Shown here one piece after another: positions 1 to 9,776 of a stretch of 64,000 bases of DNA. The notes beneath the pieces are model-generated. The model was given only the letters and a program-made list of their open reading frames with translations. It was not told the origin of the DNA and did no database searches. The stretch is taken from contig CAWDQC010000029.1 of the NCBI GenBank assembly GCA_963804355.1, positions 3,319 through 67,318 of the forward strand, written 5' to 3'. Within the stretch, counting starts at the first letter, position 1; every line of letters starts with the position of its first letter. The DNA is from an uncultured Pseudomonadota bacterium. GTDB lineage: Bacteria; Desulfobacterota; Binatia; Binatales; Binataceae. A program made the translations under genes and the position numbers.

Positions 1-1716
1 CCACCTCAAAGAAATCACGCAGCGAACCCGGCTTTCACTGCGCCCGAAGCCGTCGGTACCCAGCGCCAGCAGCGGACGTGGCAGCCACTGCGCAATCGAT
101 TCCGGCAGCACCTTCATGTAATCCGACGCCGCCACCAGCACCCCAGGTGCATCCTTCAGCGACTGCGTGACGAACGGAATCTTCGGAGTCTGGCCGGGAT
201 GCAGCATGTTCCAGCGATCGCAGTCGTTGCCGTCGCGATAGAGCTGCTTGTAGCTGGTGACGCTCCAAACATCCGCCGCGACGCCATATTTTTCTTCCAG
301 AATCTGCTGCGCCTTGAGCACTTCGTACATGATGGTGCCGCTGCCGAAAAGTTGCGCGCGCAGCTTCGAATCTTTCTTGGTCGAAGTGCGGAAGCGATAA
401 AGTCCCTTCAGAATGCCGTCCTTCACATCCTTGCCTTCGGGCATTCCTGGCATCGCCAGCGGCTCGTTGGTGACGGTCAGATAATAGAAGATGGATTCCT
501 GGTCCACGTACATGCGCTTGATGCCGTCCTGAATAATGACGGCGATTTCATACGCGAATGCCGGATCATAGGCGAGCAAATTGGGCACCGGCAGCGCCAG
601 CACATGGCTGTGTCCGTCCTGATGTTGCAAGCCCTCGCCCGCGAGCGTGGTCCGGCCTGCCGTGCCGCCTACCAGAAAGCCGCGGGTTCGGAGATCGGCG
701 GCCGCCCAAATGAAGTCTCCGATGCGCTGGAAACCGAACATCGAGTAGTAAATAAAAAACGGGATCGTGTTGATCCCGTGATTCGCGTAAGCGGTTCCGG
801 CGGCGATAAACGAACAGATGGAGCCCGCCTCGGTGATGCCTTCCTCGAGGATCTGGCCGTCCTTGGCCTCCTTGTAATAAAGGAGGGTATCCATGTCCAC
901 CGGCTCGTAGAGCTGGCCCACGCTGGAGTAAATTCCCACCTGCCGGAAAAGCGCTTCCATGCCGAACGTTCGAGCTTCGTCAGGAATGATGGGCACGATC
1001 AGCTTGCCGATTTCGGGATCGCGCAACAACTTCGAAAGCAGCCGCACAAAAACCATGGTCGTCGAAACTTCGCGGCCTTCGGTGCCCTTGAAAAATTCCT
1101 GGAAGTGCGCCTCCGCGACCGGAGCGATCGGCTTGGACCGAACTTTGCGATCCGGCAAATAGCCGCCGAGCTGCTTGCGCCGTTCCTGCATGTAGAGGAG
1201 TTCCGGACTATCATCCGCGGGACGATAAAACGGAGCATCGTGCAGTTCCTCGTCCGGAATAGGAATTCCAAAGCGCGAACGGAAAATACGCAACTCGTCT
1301 TCGTTTAGTTTTTTCTGCTGGTGAGTAATGTTCTTGCCCTCGCCAGCCTCGCCCAATCCATATCCCTTGATGGTCTTTGCCAGAATGATCGTGGGCGCGC
1401 CTTTGTGCTCGGTCGCCGCTTTGTAAGCTGCATGCACCTTGATGGGATCGTGGCCACCCAACCGCATGCGGGAAAGCTGCTCGTCGGAAAGATGCTCCAC
1501 CATCTTGAGCAGGCGGGGATCGCTGCCGAAAAGATTGTGGCGGAAGTAGGCGCCGCTCTCGACGAAGTATTTCTGATACTGGCCGTCGGTGATCTCGCCC
1601 ATGCGCTTGACCAGAATTCCATCGCGATCGTTGGTGATGAGATTGTCCCAGTCACTGCCCCAGACCACTTTGATCACATTCCATCCGGCGCCGCGGAAAA
1701 TGGCTTCCAGTTCCTG
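1..1716 (-). pseudogene. aceE: Pyruvate dehydrogenase E1 component (AceE), 3' portion only. It is 5'-truncated, runs off the window at its 3' end and carries at least 2 frameshifts.
   Basis: Reverse-strand translation gives LQELEAIFRGAGWNVIKVVWGSDWDNLITNDRDGILVKRMGEITDGQYQKYFVESGAYFRHNLFGSDPRLLKMVEHLSDEQLSRMRLGGHDPIKVHAAYKAA...AKTIKGYGLGEAGEGKNITHQQKKL...DVWSVTSYKQLYRDGNDCDRWNMLHPGQTPKIPFV...LGTDGFGRSESR, colinear with E. coli AceE residues ~285 to ~830. A G-homopolymer frameshift near positions 25-35 restores the conserved LRxFFEV motif. There is no homologous N-terminal third, because the uspA-like gene on the opposite strand occupies that space. The ORF track omits this ORF because it has no in-window stop. 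Confidence 0.8.
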
Positions 1717-1798
1717 TAAGTAATGATGCGTTTCACGGCGGGATCCGATTCATCGATGGCCGCCGCCATTGGCGAAACAACGGCGAAAGGAGGGCCGC

Positions 1799-2264
1799 AT
1801 GGCCTTTCCCTATAGAAAAATACTGTGTCCGATTAACTTCGACGATAATTCGCTTACGGCGATCCACGAGGCTGCGGCAATCGCCGCCCATCACGCGGGT
1901 ACCCTCACGCTCTCTGCACGTGGTTCATATCAACCCGCTGGTCGCCCAGGGTGCGGCGGAGGGCTATGCGGGCGCCGAGCTGTACGAGGGTCAGCTCCAG
2001 GCGGCGCGCGACCAGGTGGGGCAGTTGCTGGCCAATCTGCCGCAGGGGATGAAACCGGAAATAGTGGTCGATATCGGCGACCCCGCGGAGGTCATCCTCG
2101 CGACCGGGGTGAAGCTGCAGGCCGACCTCGTGGTGATGGCGACGCATGGTCGCACTGGCCTCGCGCGGATCGTGATGGGCAGCGTCACCGACAAGATCGT
2201 GCGCGGTTCGCATGTGCCGGTGCTGACGTTGCTGCCGCCGGCCCACGATACCCATTCGCATTAA
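1799..2264 (+). CDS. Universal stress protein (UspA family); frameshifted near 1912 within a CTCTCT run
   Basis: N-terminal MAFPYRKILCPINFDDNSLTAIHEAAAIAAHHAGTLTL continues in the other frame as LHVVHINPLV...ADLVVMATHGRTGLARIVMGSVTDKIVRGSHVPVLTL, the canonical USP C-terminal ATP-binding motif. Confidence 0.8.
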
Positions 2265-2474
2265 GGGGTTTCCCGCTGCGAGGCGCTTCCGCCCGCGGCT
2301 TCGGCTGGTTCTGTAACTATTGCAAACCGTTCGGAGCAGTGCCAAAAGGTAGAGACGGGAGTGTTCTGTCCCGATGCCGGAACGCGGTGATTCGTCGCCC
2401 TCCTGGCAGTGACTGAATGTTGGGGTCACGTAATTCAGAAGTCCTTACCACACAAATACGGAGGGAACTGAAAA

Positions 2475-4213
2475 ATGGCGGATTTTGATGTCCAAATTAA
2501 AGGCGGAACCATCGTCGATGGAACGCGCGTACCACGCTATCGCGGCGACGTGTGGATCAAAGACGGTAAAATTGCGCAGCTCGGCGGCAGTGCCCCCGGC
2601 TTCGCCAAAAAGGTAATTGACGCCGACGGCCTTATCGTCGCGCCCGGCTTCGTCGATCTACATACCCATTACGACGCGCAGATCCGCTGGGATCCTTATT
2701 GCACGATCTCCGGATGGCATGCGTCACCTCGCTGGTCCTCGGAAACTGCGGATTTGGCTTCGCTCCCTGCCAAGCCGGATTTCCGCGAACGTTCGATGCT
2801 GACGATGACCCGCACCGAGGCGATTCCATACGCGGCGATGAAGGCCGGGTATGAGCTGGGATTGGGAGACGATTCCCTCAGTACATGGATTCGCTGGATC
2901 GCTCGGCCAAGGGCGTCAACGTAATTCAGTACATGCCGACGGCATCGCTGATGACCTACGTGATGGGTCTGGATGCCGCCAAGAGCCGTCCGGCGACCGA
3001 GAAAGAACGCGCCGAGATGGCCCGGCTGCTTGACGAGGGCATGGACGCCGGCCTCTGCGGCTTCTCGATTCAGCGCCTCGGACCCAACTCGGTGCAGGCC
3101 GACTTCGACGGTTCGCCGATGGTCACCGATACCATGTGCGACGAGGACATCTTCAACCTCGCGCGCGTGCTGCGCCGGCGTGACGAAGGTTTCATGGAAA
3201 TCACGCAGGGGTACCGGCAACGCCCGTCTACGACCTCGGTTTCGTCGAGCAGTTTGGCCGACGAAGCGCTGCCGCCCGATCCTGTGCAGGCGGTCGTCCC
3301 GACCCGCAACAATCCCGAAATCCATCGCCGCAGCCTGCGCTGGATCGAACCGATCGCGCCAAGGGCCGCAATATTTTCGGCCAGGGTGCGAACGGGTCCG
3401 CAGCGGTTTCGCCTTCTCTCTCGAGAACTGGAACCTCTACGACACGCTGCCCGAATGGCGCACGCTGAACACCGGCACCAAGAAAGAAGCTGGGCGAAGA
3501 TGAAGGACCCCGAGCTTCGCGCCGCGGTCACGCGCCAACGATAAACGCGCGACGCGAACTTCAAGGCGATCCAGGCCGGCGTAGGCGGAACATCCCAAGC
3601 ATCTGATCGTGCAGTGGGTCGAGAAATCGAGCCGCTCGAAAAGTACGTCGGCAAGTCACTCGGTCAGATTGGAATGGAAGAAGGCAAGCATCCGATCGAA
3701 GCGATGCTCGACCTCGCGATCGGGACCGATCTAAAGGCCGAGTTCCTCGGACCCAACCGCGGTTTCAACGCCGAATACATGGCGGAGATCATCACCAACT
3801 CGCCGTTCACCTTCCCCGGCGTATCCGACGGCGGCGCGCACACCAAGTTCTTCACCGGTGGCGCTTTCACCACGGACTTCCTGCGCTGGATGGTGCGTGA
3901 CGAGCAGAAGCTCAGCCTCGAAGAGGCGCACTATCGCATGTCCGCCCTGCCGGCTCATGCGGCGGGCTTCCGTGATCGCGGAATGCTGCGCGAGGGTTAT
4001 GCGGCTGACGTCGTGGTCTATGACCTCGCCGGACTCGGCATCGAGCCCGACTGGGTTGGTGAGATCGTTCACGACTTCCCGGGTGGCGAATGGCGTCGCG
4101 TGCAGCGCGCGAAGGGCTACCATTCGATCATGGTCAATGGCGTCGAGACCTTCTCGGACGGCAATTGCACGGGCGATACCCCGGGCAAACTGCTCCGTCA
4201 CGGCCGCGCCTAG
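2475..4213 (+). CDS. N-acyl-D-amino-acid deacylase (D-aminoacylase, amidohydrolase superfamily); at least 5 frameshifts
   Basis: The RBS GGAGGGAAC is followed by MADFDVQIKGGTIVDGTRVPRYRGDVWIKDGKIAQLG...LIVAPGFVDLHTHYDAQ. An alternate frame at 2707-2768 gives VTSLVLGNCGFGFAPC. The ORF at 2885 continues with YMPTASLMTYVMGLDAAKSRPATEKERAEMARLLDEGMDAGLCGFSIQRL. ...FAFSLENWNLYDTLPEW sits in another frame. The ORF at 3614 gives the C-terminal PFTFPGVSDGGAHTKFFTGG...GYAADVVVYDL. Confidence 0.8.
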
Positions 4214-4243
4214 ATCCAGGTAGTCAAGTCTAACGTTGGTAGA

Positions 4244-4276
4244 ACGCGGGGACCTTCGGGTCTCCGCGTTTTTTTC
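4244..4276 (+). terminator. Rho-independent terminator after D-aminoacylase
   Basis: ACGCGGGGACC-TTCG-GGTCTCCGCGT stem-loop followed by TTTTTTT. Confidence 0.8.
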
Positions 4277-4456
4277 GGCGACAGCGATCGCGTTCGCATA
4301 AATATTCTCGCGTGCGCGGGAAAATTTGCTGGTCGCGATCATGTTTCCTGGAGCGCATTGCGCTCCGCGCGCGACCATCGGCGAGTTTGTACGCCGGGTC
4401 TCTTTGTGCGCTAAATCTGGTGGATCAGCGCAAGCGGAATCAGGAGGAATGGTACG

Positions 4457-5060
4457 ATGTTGAAGTTGCATGGAACCTCGAAGTCACGCGCCGCGCGCTC
4501 TTTGTGGGCGCTCGAAGAGCTTGGACTCAAGTACGATCACAATCCGGTCGAAGTGCCCAAGGCCAAGGGCGCCGACAATGTCAAACTCAATCCCAATGGC
4601 CATATTCCCGTGCTCGAGGACGACGGCCACGTCGTATGGGAATCGATGGCGATTAATCTTTACCTGGCCGACAAGTACGGTAAGCCGCCATTTTGGCCGT
4701 CCACGCCCGAAGGCCGCTCCGAATGCACCAAGTGAGTTTTTCGGCATGACCGAGGTCGAGCCGCGTCTGATGACCATCCTGGTCAACAAGCTTTTTCTGC
4801 CCGCCGAACAGCGCGACGAAAAGGCCGTGCAAAAAGCCACCGAAGATCTGAAGGCTCCCCTCAAAGTGCTCGATGAGCAGTTGAAGGGGCGCGAGTATCT
4901 GCTCGGCAAGGATTTCACTATTGCGGATTTGAACCTCGCCGCGATTCTGAGCTTCGCCCTGTTGGTTAAACTCGATTTGTCGGCGACACCCGCCGCCCAG
5001 GCATGGCTGCAGAAGTGCCTCGCTCGCGAGGGCAACGCCCGCGTGCGCAAGCTCGGCTAG
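4457..5060 (+). CDS. Glutathione S-transferase; one frameshift near 4725
   Basis: RBS CAGGAGGAAT. N-terminal thioredoxin-like domain MLKLHGTSKSRAARSLWALEELGLKYDHNPVEV...NPNGHIPVLEDDGHVVWESMAINLYLADKYG. The C-terminal domain sits in another frame: LKAPLKVLDEQLKGREYLLGKDFTIADLNLAAILSFA. Confidence 0.8.
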
Positions 5061-5204
5061 TTCGTATGATCTCGATCCGCCGGGCGGATCTTTCCGCTCG
5101 GCGGCATCGCCCGCCTCTTTCGGAACCAGACCAAAACGCGCAGGTTTACAGCCGCCCGCAAACCAGACACGATCAGCGACGCCGCATAGTTGCGTTGCTC
5201 ACCG

Positions 5205-6590
5205 ATGGATAATTCTCGCGTCAATGTGATCGGCGCCGGACTCGCCGGCAGCGAAGCCGCGTGGCAACTCGCCCGCCGCGGTATCGCCGTGCGGCTGTTC
5301 GAGATGCGTCCGGCTCGGACCACCGAAGCTCATCAGACGGGGCTGTTCGGCGAGCTCGTATGCTCGAACTCTTTGCGCAACTCATCGCTCGAAACCGCCG
5401 TGGGCGTGCTCAAGGAGGAGATGCGGCGGCTGGGTTCGCTGGTTATCGAGGCGGCGGATCGATCGCAGGTGCCGGCCGGCTCCGCGCTCGCCGTCGATCG
5501 CGACCAGTTCGCCGGTATCCTCACGCATACCCTCGAGACGCATCCGCTGGTCGAAGTCACGCGCGCGGAAGTCAGGCGCTGCCGCCGGCACTCACGATTA
5601 TCGCCAGCGGTCCGCTCACCGCCCGGCGCTCGGCGACGATCTCAACAATCTGATCGGCCCGCGCAATCTCTATTTTTACGACGCTATCGCGCCGATCGTG
5701 ACCGCCGATTCGGTCAACATGAAGGTCGCCTTCATAGCCTCGCGTTATGGCAAGGGCGGCGACGATTACATCAATTGCCCGATGGACGAGGGGCAATACG
5801 ACGCTTTCGTCGAGGCGGTGATCGCCGCGGATAAGGTCGCCGCTGCATCCCTTCGAAAGGCCGATCTATTTCGAAGGCTGCATGCCGATCGAGGAAATGG
5901 CGCGCCGCGGCCAGTCGCACCCTCGCGTTCGGCCCGATGCGCCCTGTGGGGCTGCCGATCCGCGCAGCGATCGCCATCCGTTCGCGGTCGTCCAGTTTCG
6001 CCAGGATGATCGCCAGGGCCGCCTCTTCAATATGGTAGGGTTCCAGACCAAGATGACTTATCCGGAACAGCGCCGCGTGTTGCGCATGATTCCCGGCCTG
6101 GAGCAGCGCGGAATTCGTCCGCCTCGGCTCGCTCCATCGCAACACTTTTATCGATTCGCCCCGCCTGCTCCATCCACGTTGCAGCTGCCGACCCGCGACG
6201 ATCTGTTGCTCGCGGGCCAGATGGTCGGGGTCGAAGGTTATGTCGAATCCGCGGCCGCGGGCCTGCTCGCCGCCATCAACGCCGCGCGGATCGTCGCCGG
6301 CTCCGGACTGATTACCGCCGCCTGAGACCGCGCTCGGCTCGCTGATCGCATATATCACCGATACCAGCCGTCGCGATTTCCAGCCGATGAACGCGAATTA
6401 CGGCCTGATGCCCGAACTGCGCGGCAACCTTCGCGGTCGCAACAAGAAAATCGAAATCGGCACGCCGCGCGCTTGCCGCAATCGACCATTGGATCGGGCC
6501 CAACCATATCGAGGCGCCGACCGCCGCTCCGGCACACTCCGGCGACCCTCTCCCTCACGCGCCCGGCGAATGATGGCGTGGCCAAAATGA
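5205..6590 (+). CDS. trmFO: Methylenetetrahydrofolate--tRNA-(uracil-5-)-methyltransferase TrmFO (Gid); at least 4 frameshifts
   Basis: [58 protein letters not shown] (FAD-binding fold). Further fragments are [93 protein letters not shown] and the C-terminal [16 protein letters not shown]. Confidence 0.8.
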
Positions 6591-6612
6591 CTTCCTGCGA
6601 AGGACCGTTATC

Positions 6613-7536
6613 GTGAAACTCGCAGCTTTGGATGTGGGGACCAACACGGTCCTGATGCTCGTGGTCGAACGCACGCCGGCGGGCGAACTGCGCACGTTGG
6701 CCGATCTTCCGCGGATCACGCGACTCGGCCGCGGCGTCGACTCTAAAGGCCGGTTCGATCCGTCCGCGCGAACCGCCACCCTCGACGCGATCGTGGAATT
6801 TGCCGACAAAGCGCGTGCTCTCGGCGCGGAGAAAATTCTCGGCGTCGCCACTGCTGCCGTGCGCGACGCCGCCGATGGGCGCGAGTTTCTCGCCGAGGTC
6901 AAGCAGCGCGCCGCGTTCGATCTCGAAGTCATTTCGGGCGACACGGAAGCGCAACTCTCATGGCTGGCCGTGAAGAACGGCTTGGAAATCGATCCCGCGC
7001 TGAAAACCCTGACGGTGGATATCGGCGGCGGCTCCACCGAACTCATCCGCGTGGAAGCCGGACGCGACCTCGAAGCCGTAAGCTTGCAACTGGGCTCGGT
7101 GCGCCTCACCGAACGCTTCGTGCATCACGACCCGCCGATCGCGCGCGAGGCGGCCGACATCCGGCTCGCGGTCGACGAAGCCTTGCGTGCCCTCGGTTGG
7201 GATTGGAAGCCCGACACCATGGTCGGAATCGCCGGGACGGTGACAACAGTGTGCGCGCTGGTGAAGAACCTCGAGCAGTATGACCCCGCGCAGGTCCACG
7301 GACACCGCTTAACCCATCAGGAAGTTTTGCAGGCGCTCTCGCGGCTTGCCGCGATCCCGCTCGAGGAGCGCAAGAAATTACCCGGCGTGGAACCCGCGCG
7401 CGCGGACGTGATCTTCGCCGGCGCCGGAATTCTCGAGCGTGTGATGGCGCATTTCGAACTCGACCACGTGATCGTGAGCGACCAGGGCGTACGCTGGGGC
7501 CTCATCTGGCGCGAGCTGGAAAAATCTGCCGACTGA
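6613..7536 (+). CDS. ppx: Ppx/GppA family exopolyphosphatase / guanosine pentaphosphate phosphohydrolase
   Basis: Intact 307-aa ORF. MKLAALDVGTNTVLMLVVE...RITRLGRGVD...LTVDIGGGSTEL... is an ASKHA-fold Ppx/GppA signature. Confidence 0.85.
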   Translation: MKLAALDVGTNTVLMLVVERTPAGELRTLADLPRITRLGRGVDSKGRFDPSARTATLDAIVEFADKARALGAEKILGVATAAVRDAADGREFLAEVKQRAAFDLEVISGDTEAQLSWLAVKNGLEIDPALKTLTVDIGGGSTELIRVEAGRDLEAVSLQLGSVRLTERFVHHDPPIAREAADIRLAVDEALRALGWDWKPDTMVGIAGTVTTVCALVKNLEQYDPAQVHGHRLTHQEVLQALSRLAAIPLEERKKLPGVEPARADVIFAGAGILERVMAHFELDHVIVSDQGVRWGLIWRELEKSAD

Positions 7537-7617
7537 CGCTCGGCGGATTACTTCGAAGCGACTCGCCGCTCGATTCTTCGCCGCGCCTCCTCGCTCAGAA
7601 ATGACCAGTATGTCTGG

Positions 7618-7834
7618 TGGGTCATCCCGCGCAAGGTTCACTAGTCATCCCGCGAAGTCGTAACAAGTCCTCCTGAGCAAACCTGTACGGTAAGTCATCC
7701 TGAGCGGGTCCTACAAATCACCCTCAGCAGAGTTCCACAAGTCATCCTGAGCGGAGCCTGGGGTGTTAGTCATCCTGAGCGGAGCCAGCGGTGTAAGTCA
7801 TCCTGAGCGGAGTCTTCGCAGCGAAGGATCCCTC
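7618..7834. repeat. Tandem array of 8 imperfect units (23-39 bp) with conserved core AGTCATCCTGAGCGGAG; a degenerate inverted copy lies just upstream
   Basis: Units start at 7621, 7643, 7666, 7693, 7717, 7740, 7768 and 7796. The last three carry the perfect core AGTCATCCTGAGCGGAG, and the final unit extends to ...GTCTTCGCAGCGAAGGATCCCTC. The inverted partial copy at 7594-7607 is CGCTCAGAAATGAC. The array lies in the ppx to PRC-barrel intergenic region. Confidence 0.75.
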
Positions 7835-8063
7835 TTTCCGTTGCCTCCATCCGCACGCATGCCTATTTCTTCACAATTCACGCCATGACATCGTTCGCAT
7901 CCGTGTAATTCCCGCCCATTTGCCCCATCGTTCCGCGCACACGACGGCCACGCGTAACTGGACTTTACGCGAATACGTAATCCGATCGTCCTCTGGGCAT
8001 ATTGATTGCTCCACCTGTTCTTGCGGTGCACACGCACTCGTAATTTATCGAAGGAGCAGAATC

Positions 8064-8498
8064 ATGCCACAGATGGACGAAAATATCGTCAAAAATGACT
8101 ACTCGTCGTCGCGTCCCTATCGTCGCGTTCTTTCGGCCAGCACCTTGGCCAAGGATTCGGTTCGCAATCGATTGAACGAAAATGTCGGTTCCATCAAGGA
8201 AATTATGCTCGACGTGCCGAGCGGACGAGTTGCCTATGCCGTGTTGTCGGTCGGCGGCTTCCTGGGCATGGGCGACCGCCTTTTCGCTATTCCTTGGGAA
8301 GCGTTGACTCTCGACGAGGATCGTGAATGCTTCATCATGGATGTCGACAAGCAGCGTATTGAGAACGCGCCCGGGTTCGACAAGTCCAATTGGCCGGATA
8401 TGGCAGATACGTCATGGTGCCAAGGAGTTCACAAATACTGGACGGGCCGGGACGACTACGGCACTGCGGAGCCGAAAGGCCCGAGCGCTCACTACTAA
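8064..8498 (+). CDS. PRC-barrel domain protein
   Basis: RBS AAGGAGCAG is followed by ATG. The translation ...IMLDVPSGRVAYAVLSVGGFLGMGDRLFAIPWEALTLDEDRECFIMDV is the PRC-barrel motif. Confidence 0.75.
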   Translation: MPQMDENIVKNDYSSSRPYRRVLSASTLAKDSVRNRLNENVGSIKEIMLDVPSGRVAYAVLSVGGFLGMGDRLFAIPWEALTLDEDRECFIMDVDKQRIENAPGFDKSNWPDMADTSWCQGVHKYWTGRDDYGTAEPKGPSAHY

Positions 8499-8619
8499 TA
8501 GCTGGAGCAATTGAGCGCGAAGCAGCTCGGCGCGCAGGGAGCACGAAACTCCGGCGCGCCGGGTCCGTACCTCTTCACTTCGAGGCCCGCGATCGGCCTC
8601 GCGGGAGTGAAAGGGATCG

Positions 8620-9540
8620 GTGAGCGCGCGCATCCCCACCCGCGTCAGTCCGATGCTGGCGACCCTCGTACCGGCGCCCTTTCATCTGCCGCGATGGGTT
8701 TACGAGGAGAAATACGACGGCATCCGCATCCTCGCGTATAAGCAAGGCAAACGGGTGAGGATGCTGACGCGAAACGACCTCGACCGCACTACTCACTTCC
8801 CCGGTATTGCAGAGGCTATCAGCCGACTCCCCAACGAAACCCTGATTCTCGACGGTGAGGCAGTAGCGTTTGACGCCCATGGCGTTTCGCGCTTTCAGCT
8901 GCTCCAACGCGGGAATCCATCTCTGCGTTATGCATTATTCGACTGCCTTTTTCGCGACGGCGTCGATCTGCGCTCCAGGCCGCTCGTAGATCGCCGACAA
9001 GAACTCGAAGAATTGGTGAGAACACCGTCGGATCTACTCTTCATTTCGCGCCGACTTGCGCCGAACGGCCTCGATGCTTACCGCATCGCCAAGCGCAAAG
9101 GCTTCGAGGGAATAGTAGCCAAGGACATCGACAGTCCTTATGAAGAACGCCGCTCGCGCAAGTGGCTGAAGGTTAAGGTCCATCAGGAGGAAGAATTTGT
9201 AATCGGTGGCTTCACGGCGCCCGCAGGTGCGCGGAAGCATCTGGGAGCGCTGCTGCTGGGGGCTTACAGTGGTGAGGACCTCAGTTTCGTCGGCAAAGTC
9301 GGCACCGGTTTCGATGCGCATACTCTGGCCGATCTCGCTGCGGCGTTCAGGCCTCTCGGCCGTAAGACGCCGCCCTTCTCCAATCCGCCACGAGATAAGG
9401 ACGTCACCTGGCTTGAACCGCGCCTGGTGGCGCAAATCGCCTTCCAGGAATGGACGGCGGACCTCAAGCTGCGCCAGCCGGTCTTTCTTGGATTGCGCGA
9501 CGATAAAGAGCCGCGCGAAATCGTCTTACCCCGGATCTGA
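8620..9540 (+). CDS. ATP-dependent DNA ligase (LigD ligase-domain-like, standalone ~300 aa)
   Basis: PMLATLV...EEKYDGIRILAY (the KxDG adenylation motif with the active-site Lys), EGIVAKDIDSPYE...RSRKWLKVK (motif V) and a C-terminal OB fold. No Ku gene is adjacent. Confidence 0.85.
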   Translation: MSARIPTRVSPMLATLVPAPFHLPRWVYEEKYDGIRILAYKQGKRVRMLTRNDLDRTTHFPGIAEAISRLPNETLILDGEAVAFDAHGVSRFQLLQRGNPSLRYALFDCLFRDGVDLRSRPLVDRRQELEELVRTPSDLLFISRRLAPNGLDAYRIAKRKGFEGIVAKDIDSPYEERRSRKWLKVKVHQEEEFVIGGFTAPAGARKHLGALLLGAYSGEDLSFVGKVGTGFDAHTLADLAAAFRPLGRKTPPFSNPPRDKDVTWLEPRLVAQIAFQEWTADLKLRQPVFLGLRDDKEPREIVLPRI

Positions 9541-9686
9541 CGCAAGAAGGGCGCGACCGGACATGCTCCGGTTGCATCGCCTGACGGCGTTCATGCGATC
9601 ATTTCTAAAAAGAAACAGGTAGTCCGAAATGCGAATCTAAAAAAGACAAGTAGTGGGAAATGCAAAGGGTATCTACGAAATGCCAA

Positions 9687-9720
9687 GTCGCGCCGCAAAC
9701 TCTTTAGTCTGCGACGCGAC
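9687..9720. terminator. GC-rich hairpin in the convergent intergenic region (ligase vs DUF4142)
   Basis: GTCGCGCCGC-(14 nt)-GCGACGCGAC gives a 9/10 stem with no U-tract. Confidence 0.4.
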
Positions 9721-9776
9721 CTGCTTATGACCAGTACTAATGCCGATGAGTCGACTTCAGTACATATTACTCGTCG

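Noticed and set aside
199-1308. 369-aa plus-strand ORF (and 1321-1719, 132 aa) covering the first 1.7 kb
   Set aside because: Its translation is an Arg/Leu/His-rich, low-information sequence. The region is clearly antisense to the AceE homology on the minus strand. The ORF track lacks the real ORF only because it runs off the window edge.
7618-7834. Possible CRISPR array
   Set aside because: The repeat period is only 23-28 bp with under 10 bp of variable sequence between cores. There are no 30-40-bp spacers, no cas genes, and the repeats degenerate progressively. It is a tandem repeat, not CRISPR.
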